A stretch of 64,000 nt of DNA, taken from Candidatus Poribacteria bacterium (GTDB lineage Bacteria; Poribacteria; WGA-4E; GCA-2687025). The notes below the pieces were generated by a model. It saw nothing but the letters and a program-made list of their open reading frames with translations, was not told the origin of the DNA and made no database searches. Position 1 is the first letter of the stretch. Each line of letters starts with the position of its first letter. The DNA lies in contig OY762492.1 of the NCBI GenBank assembly GCA_963665845.2, forward strand, positions 3,685,672-3,749,671, given 5' to 3'. The position numbers and the translations under genes were made by a program. Shown here piece by piece: positions 30,787 through 40,449 of this stretch.

Positions 30787-32180
30787 AGCGCCTGCGATGG
30801 CTCGTTTTGCCGGCTCTGTTGATGGCGGCTGCCTGCTCGCAGCCCGACGAGGAAAAAAAGGTTGTCCTGCAGATGACCGGCCCCGACTGGCTTCCGATAA
30901 GCCTTATGGAGGAGATCTCTGCCGATTTTCCCGCTTACGCCAAAGAAAAACTGGGGTATACGGTCGAGATCAAGATGGATCCCGCGCCGTGGTCAAACTA
31001 CTATGAACGGCTGACGGCGGCTCTTGCAGCGGGGAGTCCAACCTACGACCTGTTTGTCGCGGACAGCCAGTGGATCGGCGATTTTGCCGAAAGCGGGCAT
31101 ATACTCCAACTGAACGATCATATTGCGGAAGACCCTGATCTTGCCGCCATCATGGACAAGATTCATCCTGTCCTGAAGGGGGCGTACTGCGCCTACCCAG
31201 GCGGAACGGAAAACTGGTGGGGCTTTCCGCAGGAGGCGGACGTTCAAGGCTTCTTCGTTCGCAAGGACCTGTTCACAAACGCGGAGGAGCGCGCCGCCTT
31301 CCAGAGCCGGTACGGACATGAGCTTCCGCAAACGTACGAGGACTGGATGAAGGTGGAGTGGGAACAGGCGCGCGACTACGCCGAATTTTTCACGCGCGCG
31401 GCGGGCGAAACGCTTGCCGGCGAAACGCTTGAAAACGACTTTTTCGGACTCGCCCTCGCCTACAGCAAAGAGTACGATTTTGTGTCGATGGCATGGCTCC
31501 AGTTCCTTTACAACTGGGGCGGCGAGGTCTGGGACTGGGAGACGATGCAGGTGGACGGACATCTGAATTCTCCCAAAGCGGTCGAGTCGCTGGAATACTT
31601 TTTGGACCTGATGCAGTTTCAGCCGCCCGGCTCCGTCAACAACAACCTGGACGGAGTCAACAACGCGGTCGCCAGCGGGCTGGTCGCCATGGCGTGCAAC
31701 TGGATCGCCGTTAGCCCTGGAGTCATCGAAGACCCGTCCTTCTCAACCGTGACCGACAAGATCATGGTGGTCGTTCCGCCGGGGGCGAACGGACAGCGTT
31801 CCTTTAACCTAGGCGGACAGCCGTTCGTCGTCGGGTCGAAGTCGGAGCATGTCAAGGAGGCGCTGGAGTATATCAAGTGGTGGTTCCAGGACGCGCAGCA
31901 GAAGCGGTTTGCGGAGGGCGGCGGGCTTCCGTCCACGGCGGCGCTCATCGAGAGCGATGAATTCAAGAACAGCCGCGCATGGACGCGCGCCTTTGCCGAC
32001 ACGATCCCGTTCCAGCGCGACGTCTGGAAACATCCAGAGTTCTTTTCCATGATCACCGCGCAGCAGGAGGAGCTGCATAAGGCGGTGTCGGGCGAGCAGA
32101 CCGCGCAGCAGGCGCTGGACAACGCCGCGAGCCGACAGGAGAAAATCCTGGAAGACTGGCGCAAGGACAAGGGAGAATGA
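30783..32180 (+). CDS. ABC transporter extracellular solute-binding lipoprotein (family 1, sugar-type)
   Basis: Lipobox LLMAAAC. The size and W/Y-rich pattern are typical of family-1 binding proteins. ATGA overlaps occur on both sides. Confidence 0.75.
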   Translation: MKRLRWLVLPALLMAAACSQPDEEKKVVLQMTGPDWLPISLMEEISADFPAYAKEKLGYTVEIKMDPAPWSNYYERLTAALAAGSPTYDLFVADSQWIGDFAESGHILQLNDHIAEDPDLAAIMDKIHPVLKGAYCAYPGGTENWWGFPQEADVQGFFVRKDLFTNAEERAAFQSRYGHELPQTYEDWMKVEWEQARDYAEFFTRAAGETLAGETLENDFFGLALAYSKEYDFVSMAWLQFLYNWGGEVWDWETMQVDGHLNSPKAVESLEYFLDLMQFQPPGSVNNNLDGVNNAVASGLVAMACNWIAVSPGVIEDPSFSTVTDKIMVVVPPGANGQRSFNLGGQPFVVGSKSEHVKEALEYIKWWFQDAQQKRFAEGGGLPSTAALIESDEFKNSRAWTRAFADTIPFQRDVWKHPEFFSMITAQQEELHKAVSGEQTAQQALDNAASRQEKILEDWRKDKGE

Positions 32181-33175
32181 GCGTGAAGACGCGCTATGCA
32201 GCCTTGAAACAGGCGCCGGACGGAATGCCGGCGCTGGACGATTTTCTGATCATTGAAGAGGAGCTTCCCGACCTCAAGCCGGGCGAAGCGCTGATTCAGA
32301 ACCTGTATATGTCGGTCGATCCGTATATGCGGGGGATGATGCGGGCGGGGGCGTCCGATCCGCCGGCTCCGCTTTCGGGGGGATCGGTTGGGCGCGTCGT
32401 CCGCTCCCGGCTGGACGGGCTGCCGGTAGGCTGCATTGTGTTGACCGGAAGCGGCTGGCGCGATCATTTTGTAACGGACAGCGCGGGTCATGAGCGGGTG
32501 TACGAGCCGTCCGCCCCGCTGTCCACCTACCTCGGCGTCTTAGGGATGCCTGGTTTCACCGGCTGGTACGGGTTGAACCGCATCGGCCGTCCGCAGGCGG
32601 GGGAGACGCTGGTTGTGTCGGCGGGGGCGGGGGCGGTCGGTTCGCTGGTCGGTCAACTGGGAAAACGGGCGGGCTGCCGCGTCGTCGGCGTCGTCGGCTC
32701 TGAAGAGAAGCGCCGGCATGCGCTGGAGACGCTCGGATACGACGCGGCGCTGAACTGGCGCCAAGGCGGTCTCGGCGCCGCGCTGTCGGAGGCATGTCCA
32801 GACGGCATCGACATCTATTTTGAAAATGTGGGCGGCGCGCTGCTGGAGGCGGTTTTAGACCGCATCAACCTCGGCGCCCGAATCCCTGTATGCGGGATGA
32901 TTTCGCAGTATAATCTAAAGGAGCCGGAACCGGGGCCGAGCAACCTGTTTCAGCTGATTGGACGCCGCGCCGAGATGAAGGGTTTCATCATCAGCGACCA
33001 CGGCGAACTGAAGCCGCAGTTTCTGGAGGAGGTCGCGCCGCTCGTCGCAGACGGAAGCGTCCATTACTCCGAAACGATTTTGGACGGCATAGAGAACGCC
33101 CCGCAGGCGTTTATCGATCTTTTCTTGGGACGGAATACCGGAAAAATGGTTGTGAAATTGAGCGATGAGGCTTAG
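32177..33175 (+). CDS. NADP-dependent medium-chain oxidoreductase (alkenal/one reductase, YncB/CurA-like)
   Basis: Motifs …NLYMSVDPYMRGMM… and VVSAGAGAVGSLVGQLGK (Rossmann). Confidence 0.8.
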   Translation: MSVKTRYAALKQAPDGMPALDDFLIIEEELPDLKPGEALIQNLYMSVDPYMRGMMRAGASDPPAPLSGGSVGRVVRSRLDGLPVGCIVLTGSGWRDHFVTDSAGHERVYEPSAPLSTYLGVLGMPGFTGWYGLNRIGRPQAGETLVVSAGAGAVGSLVGQLGKRAGCRVVGVVGSEEKRRHALETLGYDAALNWRQGGLGAALSEACPDGIDIYFENVGGALLEAVLDRINLGARIPVCGMISQYNLKEPEPGPSNLFQLIGRRAEMKGFIISDHGELKPQFLEEVAPLVADGSVHYSETILDGIENAPQAFIDLFLGRNTGKMVVKLSDEA

Positions 33176-34928
33176 GCGGTTCATTCCCGCGCTGTTGGTT
33201 CTGACGTTGACGCTGACGCTTTCCGCTCAGGATGCGGAGAAAAAAAGCGGCGCCGCGGACGACATCCGTTTTGAGATCGCCAAACTGGAAGCGCAGAACC
33301 CGATGACGCGCGCCCGCGCGATGGACGCTCTCTGGAGGTACACGGCGCAGGAGGCAAATTGGAATGAACTGCGCAAGGCGCTGCCGAAACTGAAGGAGCT
33401 GCTAGGCGATCCGCTGCCGGTGGTGCGGGCGAGGTCGGCGCTGACGCTTCTGCGTCTCGCCCCCGAAGAGACGCGCGAGACCGCGTATGACACGCTGGAG
33501 AAGGATGCTGAACATCCGAAGAGCCATGTGCGCCTCGCCGTTGTGGAGGCGGCGGAGCTGATGGGCGGAGACGAACGCTTGAACGCCCTGCTGCGCCGTT
33601 TGGCTGAAGACGAGGACCTGGATGTGCAGGAAGCCGCGCAAGCCGCGATCAACAGCCTGAACCGACCAAGACGGGGCGGAGGCGGACCGCAGGTTCCGCA
33701 GTTGGAATTGATCGATGTCGACTTCAACCCGTTTATCGATGCGGAGGCGGAGACGGAACAGACGGAGGAGGAGATCGGATCGCCTTCAGAGTTGGCGCAG
33801 GCGCGCGACGCTGTCCGGCGCGTTCCGGATCCGTCGGCGCTGGAGACTCTAGCGCGCTTGACCCGCTTCCGCGGCGGCTTTCAAACGGAGGAGGGCGGTC
33901 TCGTTTCATTGGCTGAAACGATCGCCCCGGCTGTTCAACCGCTCATACAGCTGCTGCGCGAGGAGGAGCCTGCCCGTCCGCTGGATCTGCGTTATGCGGC
34001 GATGGCTCTGGGCTGCGCGGACGAGGAAGCGCTGCCTTTTTTGGCGGCGTCTCTAGAATATCCGCATCCGCACACGCGCGAGGCGGCGGCGTTTGCGCTC
34101 ATGCGCCGAGGAGCTGATCAGCGCGGGCGTCCAATTGAGGAGCGTTCCTTTGCGGAGGAGGCGGGCGCGCTCGCCTTCGCCTTAACCGACGAAAGCCCCG
34201 CGGCGCGCGCCTACGCGGCGGTCGGCATCGGCAAAATGCGCGGCGAAGCGTACGCCGACGAAATCGCTGCGGCGCTCGCGGACGAAGACGGACGAACGCG
34301 GACAGCGGCGGCGTTGGCGGCGGCAATGCTGGGCAGGTCTGAAGAAGCGGCGGCGGCGATTCTCGGCGGCATGGAGTCGCCTGACCTGTTGACGCGGGCG
34401 GCGGCCGTCTCCGCGTTCCCGACAGCCGCGCCGAACGGCTTGGAGTCGTTTCTGCGTCTGATGGAGGGCGCGCCGCCTCGATTGCTGTATTACGCTGTCG
34501 GCGCGGCGGCCGCGTTTGAAAACGGGCAAAACATCCTGCAGATGCTCGCTCAAGCCCCAGACGAAGAGATGCGGCTGGCGGCGCTGACGGCTCTCTCGCC
34601 GGCGGACGGGGCGGCGCTGTTTCCGCTGGTGGAACGGATCCCCGACGAAGAGGCGAAGCCGGCGCTGCGCTTGGAGATTGCGGCGGGCGCGGGCTGGACA
34701 TATTTTTCAAACGCGCAGATCGAAATACCGCTGGCGGACGCGCTGGTTACTTATACAGGACCGGCAAACGGCTCCGCCCGAACCGACGCGCGCGGGCGGT
34801 TGACCTTAGAAAATCTGCCGCAGGGGGTCTATTTGGCGCGCGTGGAAGCGGAAGGGCATCTGCCGATAGAGGCGCCGATCGCGTTATATAAAGGCGCGGC
34901 GCGCATTCGGCTTCACCGACATTATTGA
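33165..34928 (+). CDS. secreted HEAT-repeat protein with C-terminal Ig/PEGA-like beta domain
   Basis: Signal peptide MRLRRFIPALLVLTLTLTLSA. There are repeated ~30-aa helical units (D..P.VRA.AA.AL..). The C-terminus is …GRLTLENLPQGVYLARVEAEGH. Confidence 0.5.
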   Translation: MRLRRFIPALLVLTLTLTLSAQDAEKKSGAADDIRFEIAKLEAQNPMTRARAMDALWRYTAQEANWNELRKALPKLKELLGDPLPVVRARSALTLLRLAPEETRETAYDTLEKDAEHPKSHVRLAVVEAAELMGGDERLNALLRRLAEDEDLDVQEAAQAAINSLNRPRRGGGGPQVPQLELIDVDFNPFIDAEAETEQTEEEIGSPSELAQARDAVRRVPDPSALETLARLTRFRGGFQTEEGGLVSLAETIAPAVQPLIQLLREEEPARPLDLRYAAMALGCADEEALPFLAASLEYPHPHTREAAAFALMRRGADQRGRPIEERSFAEEAGALAFALTDESPAARAYAAVGIGKMRGEAYADEIAAALADEDGRTRTAAALAAAMLGRSEEAAAAILGGMESPDLLTRAAAVSAFPTAAPNGLESFLRLMEGAPPRLLYYAVGAAAAFENGQNILQMLAQAPDEEMRLAALTALSPADGAALFPLVERIPDEEAKPALRLEIAAGAGWTYFSNAQIEIPLADALVTYTGPANGSARTDARGRLTLENLPQGVYLARVEAEGHLPIEAPIALYKGAARIRLHRHY

Positions 34929-34952
34929 GCTCCGTATCGAAAGGAGAGAGCG

Positions 34953-35411
34953 ATGCTGCGGGGCATACCGCCGGCCATATCGCCGGCGCTGATGCATATA
35001 CTCATGTCGATGGGGCATGGGGATGAGATTGTGTTTGCGGACGGCAATTTTCCGGCGGCGTCCCATGCGCGGCGTCTGGCGCGGGCGGACGGGGTCGGCG
35101 TCACGGATCTGCTGGAGGCGGTCGCGCCCTTTTTCCCGCTTGATCAATACGACGACGAGCATGCGCTGGTCATGGCGGTTGTGGAAGAGTACGCGCCGGA
35201 GCCTCCGATTTGGGACGAATTTCGCGCGGCGTTGAGCCGTTCGGAAGGGAAGCCCGTGTCGCTGACTCCTGTTGAGCGGTTTGCGTTTTATGAACGCGCC
35301 CGACAATGTTTTGCCGTGGTCGCGACGAGCGAATCTGCGGTGTACGCCAACCTGATACTCAAAAAAGGCGTTGTGTACAGCGGCGCCGAACTCATAGAAA
35401 AGGATCGTTGA
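34953..35411 (+). CDS. fucU: RbsD/FucU family mutarotase (L-fucose mutarotase-like)
   Basis: MLRGIPPAISPALMHILMSMGHGDEIVFADGNFPA is the family signature. AAGGAGAG precedes the ATG. Confidence 0.85.
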   Translation: MLRGIPPAISPALMHILMSMGHGDEIVFADGNFPAASHARRLARADGVGVTDLLEAVAPFFPLDQYDDEHALVMAVVEEYAPEPPIWDEFRAALSRSEGKPVSLTPVERFAFYERARQCFAVVATSESAVYANLILKKGVVYSGAELIEKDR

Positions 35412-35680
35412 TGTCTACTCCTCTTGACGCGACGCGCGATATTTTGATCGCGTATATTGAAAAGTATCCGATGTCCTCCTCCGCCTACTCGGCGAACATG
35501 GAAAAGACGATGCGCCAGCTGCGCGAGGATGTGATCGACTTTGCGAAGGACATATACCGCACCTTTCAGGAGCTGGAGGAAGGCGCTCCTCCGCCGGAAC
35601 CGCCGAGGCGGCGGCGCGCCCCTGAGCCGACCGATTCGTCCGACCCGTCCGATGAGCCGGATGAGGAACCGCCGCTCTGA
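35411..35680 (+). CDS. hypothetical small acidic protein (89 aa)
   Basis: The ATG overlaps the fucU stop (TGATG). The helical N-half has non-biased composition, and the C-tail is Pro/Asp/Glu-rich. Confidence 0.3.
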   Translation: MSTPLDATRDILIAYIEKYPMSSSAYSANMEKTMRQLREDVIDFAKDIYRTFQELEEGAPPPEPPRRRRAPEPTDSSDPSDEPDEEPPL

Positions 35681-35756
35681 ATCGACAAATGGACAGAAGG
35701 GCGGCGGCGCGCCGAAGCGCACTTCCGCCCTAAAGGCGTTCATCGGGACGGTAAAG

Positions 35757-35987
35757 ATGTTTCTGCGCCCGGCGATGTTCGGATGGACGCTGCGCGCGTT
35801 TGGAACGGCGGCGATGCTGCTGATCCCGCTTGCCGCCGCCTCCGCATTTTACGAGATCCCCCCGAAGAGCCGCGGCATGCTTCTAGGGGCGTCCGCGGCG
35901 CTCTTTGCGGCCGCCTGGGGGCTTCGGCGTTTAGGGGGGTTTATACGCAGTCGCCGGTCGTCATTCCCGCGTAAGCGGGAATCTTAA
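35757..35987 (+). CDS. hypothetical small membrane protein (2 TM)
   Basis: MFLRPAMFGWTLRAFGTAAMLLIPLAAASAF…LLGASAALFAAAWGL. The 3' end runs into a repeat hairpin, so the call is weak. Confidence 0.25.
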   Translation: MFLRPAMFGWTLRAFGTAAMLLIPLAAASAFYEIPPKSRGMLLGASAALFAAAWGLRRLGGFIRSRRSSFPRKRES

Positions 35988-36034
35988 AGCGTCGCAGAAA
36001 ACCCCCCTAGCCCCCCTTTTCAAGGGGGGAATCG
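35960..36034 (+). repeat. ATTCCCGCGTAAGCGGGAAT hairpin + G/C hairpin
   Basis: GTCATTCCCGCGTAAGCGGGAATCTTAA…CCCCCCTAGCCCCCCTTTTCAAGGGGGGAATCGG. Confidence 0.9.
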
Positions 36035-36043
36035 GACGCGGGG

Positions 36044-37963
36044 CTACAGCCGTTCCAGCAGATATTCTAGATTCGCGGTCAACATTCCAGACGCCTCCGT
36101 TGTATAAAACCGCTCCGCCTCGCCTTCTCGATGAACGCTCTCAACAACCGCTTCAAGCGTTTCCCGCGCGGCTTGAACATCCTCTTCCGCCAAGAAAGCG
36201 TTCGCCCGCTTGAGAGATTCAACCGCCTTATCCGCCGCCAATGGAGCCGCCCATCCGATTTCTTTACACCGGCGGAACAGGCTCTCCACATACTCTAAAA
36301 ACGCCCCCGCTTCAAACGGCGACGGCTCTGGAACCGGCCCGACGACGAAACCGACCGCCCCATTCCCCCTTGTTCCTTCTGGAAATTCTACCATCTCATG
36401 GAGATGATTTGTCCGCGTCAACGATCCGATGACGCGCGCCTTTAAAATGCCGGGCAGCCCCGAACTGCGCAGCTGAAACCCGCCCTGCGTTTCGCCCGGC
36501 ATAATCAAACGGCCGCGGGAGGATGAGCCGTACCATCTCGCCCAGTTGGTTGCTGTAATATGGGGTCTGGGGACGGATTGAGTCCATCCAAGCCCCGCCG
36601 GGCTGACAAGCGTTGTCGGCGCGTTTCGATCCAGCTCCATATCGATGCGCAGGCTGCTGATTGCCTGCAAGCTGGAAACGCCGCTGACGATCTCATAAGA
36701 ATACGCATACCGAACGGACGGATCTTCTGACGGCTCTAACCGATGAACGACCGTTTTGACCGCCGCGTCCAGATTGCATGCCGGCTCATACAGGCGCGAC
36801 TGAAGGGAGTCGTCATAGTCGAGATGGTAGATGCGCAGCCATCCAGGCGGAACCTCCTTGACCGCCTCATTCGCCGCCGCCAGCAGCTCCAGATCGATCT
36901 TCCCTTGAAACGGCGGGCGCCGGGCTGCAATCGGCGCAGGTTGTTTAAGCCTTTCCGCGAGATACTCCATATTTGCCGTCAACAGGCCCTCCGCTTCCGT
37001 TGTGAACGGCTGCTCGCGGACAAGCGGAGCGCCTGTTGAGGAGAGCCTCTGAACCAACTGAACGCCGTCTAAAACCGCCTGTCGAGCCGTTGGCGCGTCG
37101 CCGCTTTCTAAAGCGGAACGCGCTTTTTTCAACGCCCAAAGAACCTCTACGTTCTCCCGATGCGATTCGATCCAACCCGCCGCGCCGCATTTCCAATAAA
37201 GACCTTCGATATACTCCATGAACGCGATCGGGTGGAAATTTGCCGGCTCTGGAACCGGACCGACAACCCAGCCGCAGACGGCGTCCTCGCCAGGCTCATT
37301 GGGAACATACGCATTTTTAGGAACTCGGTTGGGGCGCAACGGCTTGCCCTGCATGAACGCCGGCAAAACGCCCGGCAGACCGACGCTGCGCAGCTCAAAG
37401 TTTGCCGTCTTTCCCGGCTCCAGCGGTTCATGATCGGTCGTCCAGACCGCCCAGTTTTTGCCGTACCTGTTTTCGACGGGGCGTTGAAAGTTCCACCGCT
37501 CATATGCCGGTACCGCTCTATCGAACCTAACCGGCGCGCCTTTTTCCAGCCGCATGCGTATCGTGAAGTTCCAGATGGGCTGCAGGCTGTCCTCCGCGCT
37601 GCGTATAGTGTACGCATATGCGTATGTGTAGCGAATCGCCGCATTGCTTGGCTTGTTTAGTTTTGTGACGATCGTTTGCGCCGTCGCGTTCACATTCACC
37701 TGCGGCTCATAGAGAAACGATTGAGAGCTGTCGTCCTCCGCGCTGTAATAGACGCGATAACGGCCGAGAGGCGCGATCAACGGGATGGCGCGCTCGACAG
37801 GTTTGTCAGCTAGGTTCGACTCACATGAGACGGGCGGCCATAAGTTGAGCGTCCACTCGTCAAAACGGCTTTCAAACGGGATGCGTTTTGCTGAAACGGC
37901 GGACGCCGTCAGCGCCGCCAAAACCCATACCATTTTTACGCCGTTTGCGCTTCGTCTGTTCAT
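36044..37963 (-). CDS. secreted hypothetical protein made of two ~300-aa homologous halves
   Basis: Signal-like MVWVLAALTASAVSA. Internal duplication is visible by eye (LRSVGLPGVLPAF / LRSSGLPGILKAR; VVGPVPEPANFHPIAFMEYIEGLY / VVGPVPEPSPFEAGAFLEYVESLF; TTEAEGLLTANMEYLAERL / TTEASGMLTANLEYLLERL). Confidence 0.7.
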   Translation of the reverse strand: MNRRSANGVKMVWVLAALTASAVSAKRIPFESRFDEWTLNLWPPVSCESNLADKPVERAIPLIAPLGRYRVYYSAEDDSSQSFLYEPQVNVNATAQTIVTKLNKPSNAAIRYTYAYAYTIRSAEDSLQPIWNFTIRMRLEKGAPVRFDRAVPAYERWNFQRPVENRYGKNWAVWTTDHEPLEPGKTANFELRSVGLPGVLPAFMQGKPLRPNRVPKNAYVPNEPGEDAVCGWVVGPVPEPANFHPIAFMEYIEGLYWKCGAAGWIESHRENVEVLWALKKARSALESGDAPTARQAVLDGVQLVQRLSSTGAPLVREQPFTTEAEGLLTANMEYLAERLKQPAPIAARRPPFQGKIDLELLAAANEAVKEVPPGWLRIYHLDYDDSLQSRLYEPACNLDAAVKTVVHRLEPSEDPSVRYAYSYEIVSGVSSLQAISSLRIDMELDRNAPTTLVSPAGLGWTQSVPRPHITATNWARWYGSSSRGRLIMPGETQGGFQLRSSGLPGILKARVIGSLTRTNHLHEMVEFPEGTRGNGAVGFVVGPVPEPSPFEAGAFLEYVESLFRRCKEIGWAAPLAADKAVESLKRANAFLAEEDVQAARETLEAVVESVHREGEAERFYTTEASGMLTANLEYLLERL

Positions 37964-38144
37964 GGCGCCCCGCCGTTCGCTTGCCGTTGCCGCTCTCTAC
38001 GGGTTCATCCTAGTAGACCTCCCCCTTTCATACAACCCGACTCAACACTTTAGCAGGGCAATGTCAGCAAGAGGCGAAGCGTTGCGAAACGGAATAGAGG
38101 GCGCTACAATTTCATCATATAGCCCATGCGTTAGGGAGGCGAAC

Positions 38145-38879
38145 ATGATTCGCAAGCAGATTTTGATATGGACGCTCGCATTTAGCGCAGCGGCAGCCGC
38201 CTCCGCCGTGACGGAAGGTCTCGTTGCTAACTGGGATTTCGATGAAGGCGACGGAGACGCGGCGCGCGACATCACCGGCAACGGACATGACGGAGAGCTG
38301 GTTGGTAAAGCCGATTGGGTAGAAGGGCGGTTCAAGGGCGCGCTGGAATTTGACGAACCGCTAGAGTATGTTGCCGTGCCGGACCATCCCGACCTGAACC
38401 TGACCGACGCCGCAACCTACATGCTTCATTTCAAGCCGATGGACTCGCTGGCAAGCCGACGGCTCATGGTTAAAAACGACTCGGTATTTGTCATCTTCGA
38501 CTTCGGGAATGCAACCTCCATCGACTTTCTGGTCAAACCGACCAATTTTTTTGCTGAATCGGAGACGACCGAATGGACAATCGGCAGCTGGTACCATTTC
38601 GCAGGTACATTTGACGGCTCCACTCTCCGCGTCTATGTGGACGGCAAGCTGGACGGCGAAGCCCCTAACAATGAGCCGATTGCGGCCTCCGACAAAGAAC
38701 TGTGGATCGGAGCTGACGATTTTGGCCGTCCAACCGATTCCTTTCCAGGCGCCGTTGACGATGCGCGCATTTACAACCGCGCATTGAGCGAACGCGAAAT
38801 ACAGGAGGCGATGAGCGGCCCGTTGAGCGTTGATCCGCGCGAAAAGATTGCCGTCGTTTGGGCGAATCTGAAACGCTGA
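38145..38879 (+). CDS. secreted LamG domain protein (paralog of 25602-26357)
   Basis: The ATG at 38145 follows AGGGAGG. Signal peptide MIRKQILIWTLAFSAAAAASA. Motifs DITGNGHDGELVG… and FPGAVDDARIYNRALSEREI. Confidence 0.8.
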   Translation: MIRKQILIWTLAFSAAAAASAVTEGLVANWDFDEGDGDAARDITGNGHDGELVGKADWVEGRFKGALEFDEPLEYVAVPDHPDLNLTDAATYMLHFKPMDSLASRRLMVKNDSVFVIFDFGNATSIDFLVKPTNFFAESETTEWTIGSWYHFAGTFDGSTLRVYVDGKLDGEAPNNEPIAASDKELWIGADDFGRPTDSFPGAVDDARIYNRALSEREIQEAMSGPLSVDPREKIAVVWANLKR

Positions 38880-38889
38880 AGGGCGTCCC

Positions 38890-40449
38890 ATGAAGCAAAC
38901 AACGCCGAAACATGAGCCGAACAGGAAGCGAAAGAACGCCCCCTCGCGGTGGGGAGGCAGCGCCGTTCTGTCGTTGGCGCTGCATGCAGTACTCTTTTTT
39001 GCCGCTTCGTTTATTTTGATTGACGCGGCGGCGCCGCCGATTGGTTCTGTTCAGAAGGCGGACGCGGAGCCGCCGCTTCTATATCTTTTTCATGAGCCGC
39101 CGCCCGCTCCCGCGCCGCCTTTGAAAACAGAACAGGCGCCGTCCGTTCCGCCGGCGGTTGAGACGCCGAAGCCGCAGCGGCCGGACGCGGGGAACGGGTC
39201 TAGCTTTGAATTTCAGCATGAGCAAGTCGTAGAACGGAGCGCAGACGAGCTGTACAAAACAAGCGAGATCGCGTCCAAAACGCCTGTACTGAACGAGCCT
39301 GCCCATGCGCCGTCGAAGCGTCAGGAGGGAATGGAGGCGCCTGACTTCAAAGAACGGCAAAACATGGACGCGAGCGAGATCCGGCGGATGGAATGGCCGG
39401 CGCAGGAAGGTATGAACGCCGACGGCAGAACGGCTGTTGGACGCGCGCCGAGGCTTTACGCGGCGGGGCGGCGCGGCGCCGGCGGAACCTCCTACAGCCC
39501 AGGCGCCAACGCGCAGCCCTCCTATATGGTTGACCCGTACCGCGGCGTCATGAGAAAGTTGGCGGAAGGCATTGTCCAATCAACCGAAGCGGAGAAGTTG
39601 GACATTGTCCTCATTGTGGACACGACAGGAAGCATGGAGGACAATGTGCGCGGCGTCCGCGCCTACGCCGATCAGTTCGCGCGCATTCTTCAACTCAACA
39701 AACGGGACGCGCATTTCGGGCTGGTGACCTTCACCGACGCCTCGCATGACCCGCCGAAGACGATGGGGATGACCGACAACGCGGTGGATCTGCGCAACTG
39801 GCTCAACAAGGCGAAATTCACAGGGGGCGGAGGGCTGGCGGAATCGGGGCTGGAGGCGGTCATGGCGGCGCTGAACGAGTTTCGTTACCGAGACGGCGCC
39901 AAAAAACGGTTCATCTTCATCAGCGACGGACCCTTCCATGACCGGGATTACAACGGCGCCTCCGACTTGACGATGGACGCGGTCATCGAGACGCTCAAAC
40001 AGCGGCGCGTCACGCTCGACTCGGTCTCCATCGACTTTCTCTTGTCGAAGCAGATTGCATGGGGAACGGGCGGGCAATGGACGCGCATACCAGGGAAGGG
40101 GCATCTTGAACAGTTTATTCAGCCGCTGCCTGTCCAGTCGAACGCGGCTCTCGGCGTTCTGTCGACCAAGGCGGGCAGCGCCTCGGATGAAATCTACATA
40201 TTTGTTCCTCCTGATCAGGAGATCCAGTGGTACCAGCTGACATGGCGGCTGCTCAACCCGCGCGGAGAAAAAATACAGGGCGAATTCACCGACCGCCGCA
40301 GCGCCGTCGGACAGAGGAAGATCGTCTTTAAACCTGAATTCGACCCTGAATGGTTCAGCGGCTTGCCCGGCGCCTATACGGCGATCTACCGCGTCACGGA
40401 CAGCGCCGGGAACAGCAGCGCCCTGCGGCGCATCATGGACTACCGATAA
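38890..40449 (+). CDS. membrane-anchored von Willebrand factor A (VWA) domain protein with Pro-rich linker
   Basis: TM helix AVLSLALHAVLFFAASFILI followed by a Pro-rich stretch. MIDAS-like DIVLIVDTTGSM and FIFISDG motifs. Confidence 0.75.
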   Translation: MKQTTPKHEPNRKRKNAPSRWGGSAVLSLALHAVLFFAASFILIDAAAPPIGSVQKADAEPPLLYLFHEPPPAPAPPLKTEQAPSVPPAVETPKPQRPDAGNGSSFEFQHEQVVERSADELYKTSEIASKTPVLNEPAHAPSKRQEGMEAPDFKERQNMDASEIRRMEWPAQEGMNADGRTAVGRAPRLYAAGRRGAGGTSYSPGANAQPSYMVDPYRGVMRKLAEGIVQSTEAEKLDIVLIVDTTGSMEDNVRGVRAYADQFARILQLNKRDAHFGLVTFTDASHDPPKTMGMTDNAVDLRNWLNKAKFTGGGGLAESGLEAVMAALNEFRYRDGAKKRFIFISDGPFHDRDYNGASDLTMDAVIETLKQRRVTLDSVSIDFLLSKQIAWGTGGQWTRIPGKGHLEQFIQPLPVQSNAALGVLSTKAGSASDEIYIFVPPDQEIQWYQLTWRLLNPRGEKIQGEFTDRRSAVGQRKIVFKPEFDPEWFSGLPGAYTAIYRVTDSAGNSSALRRIMDYR

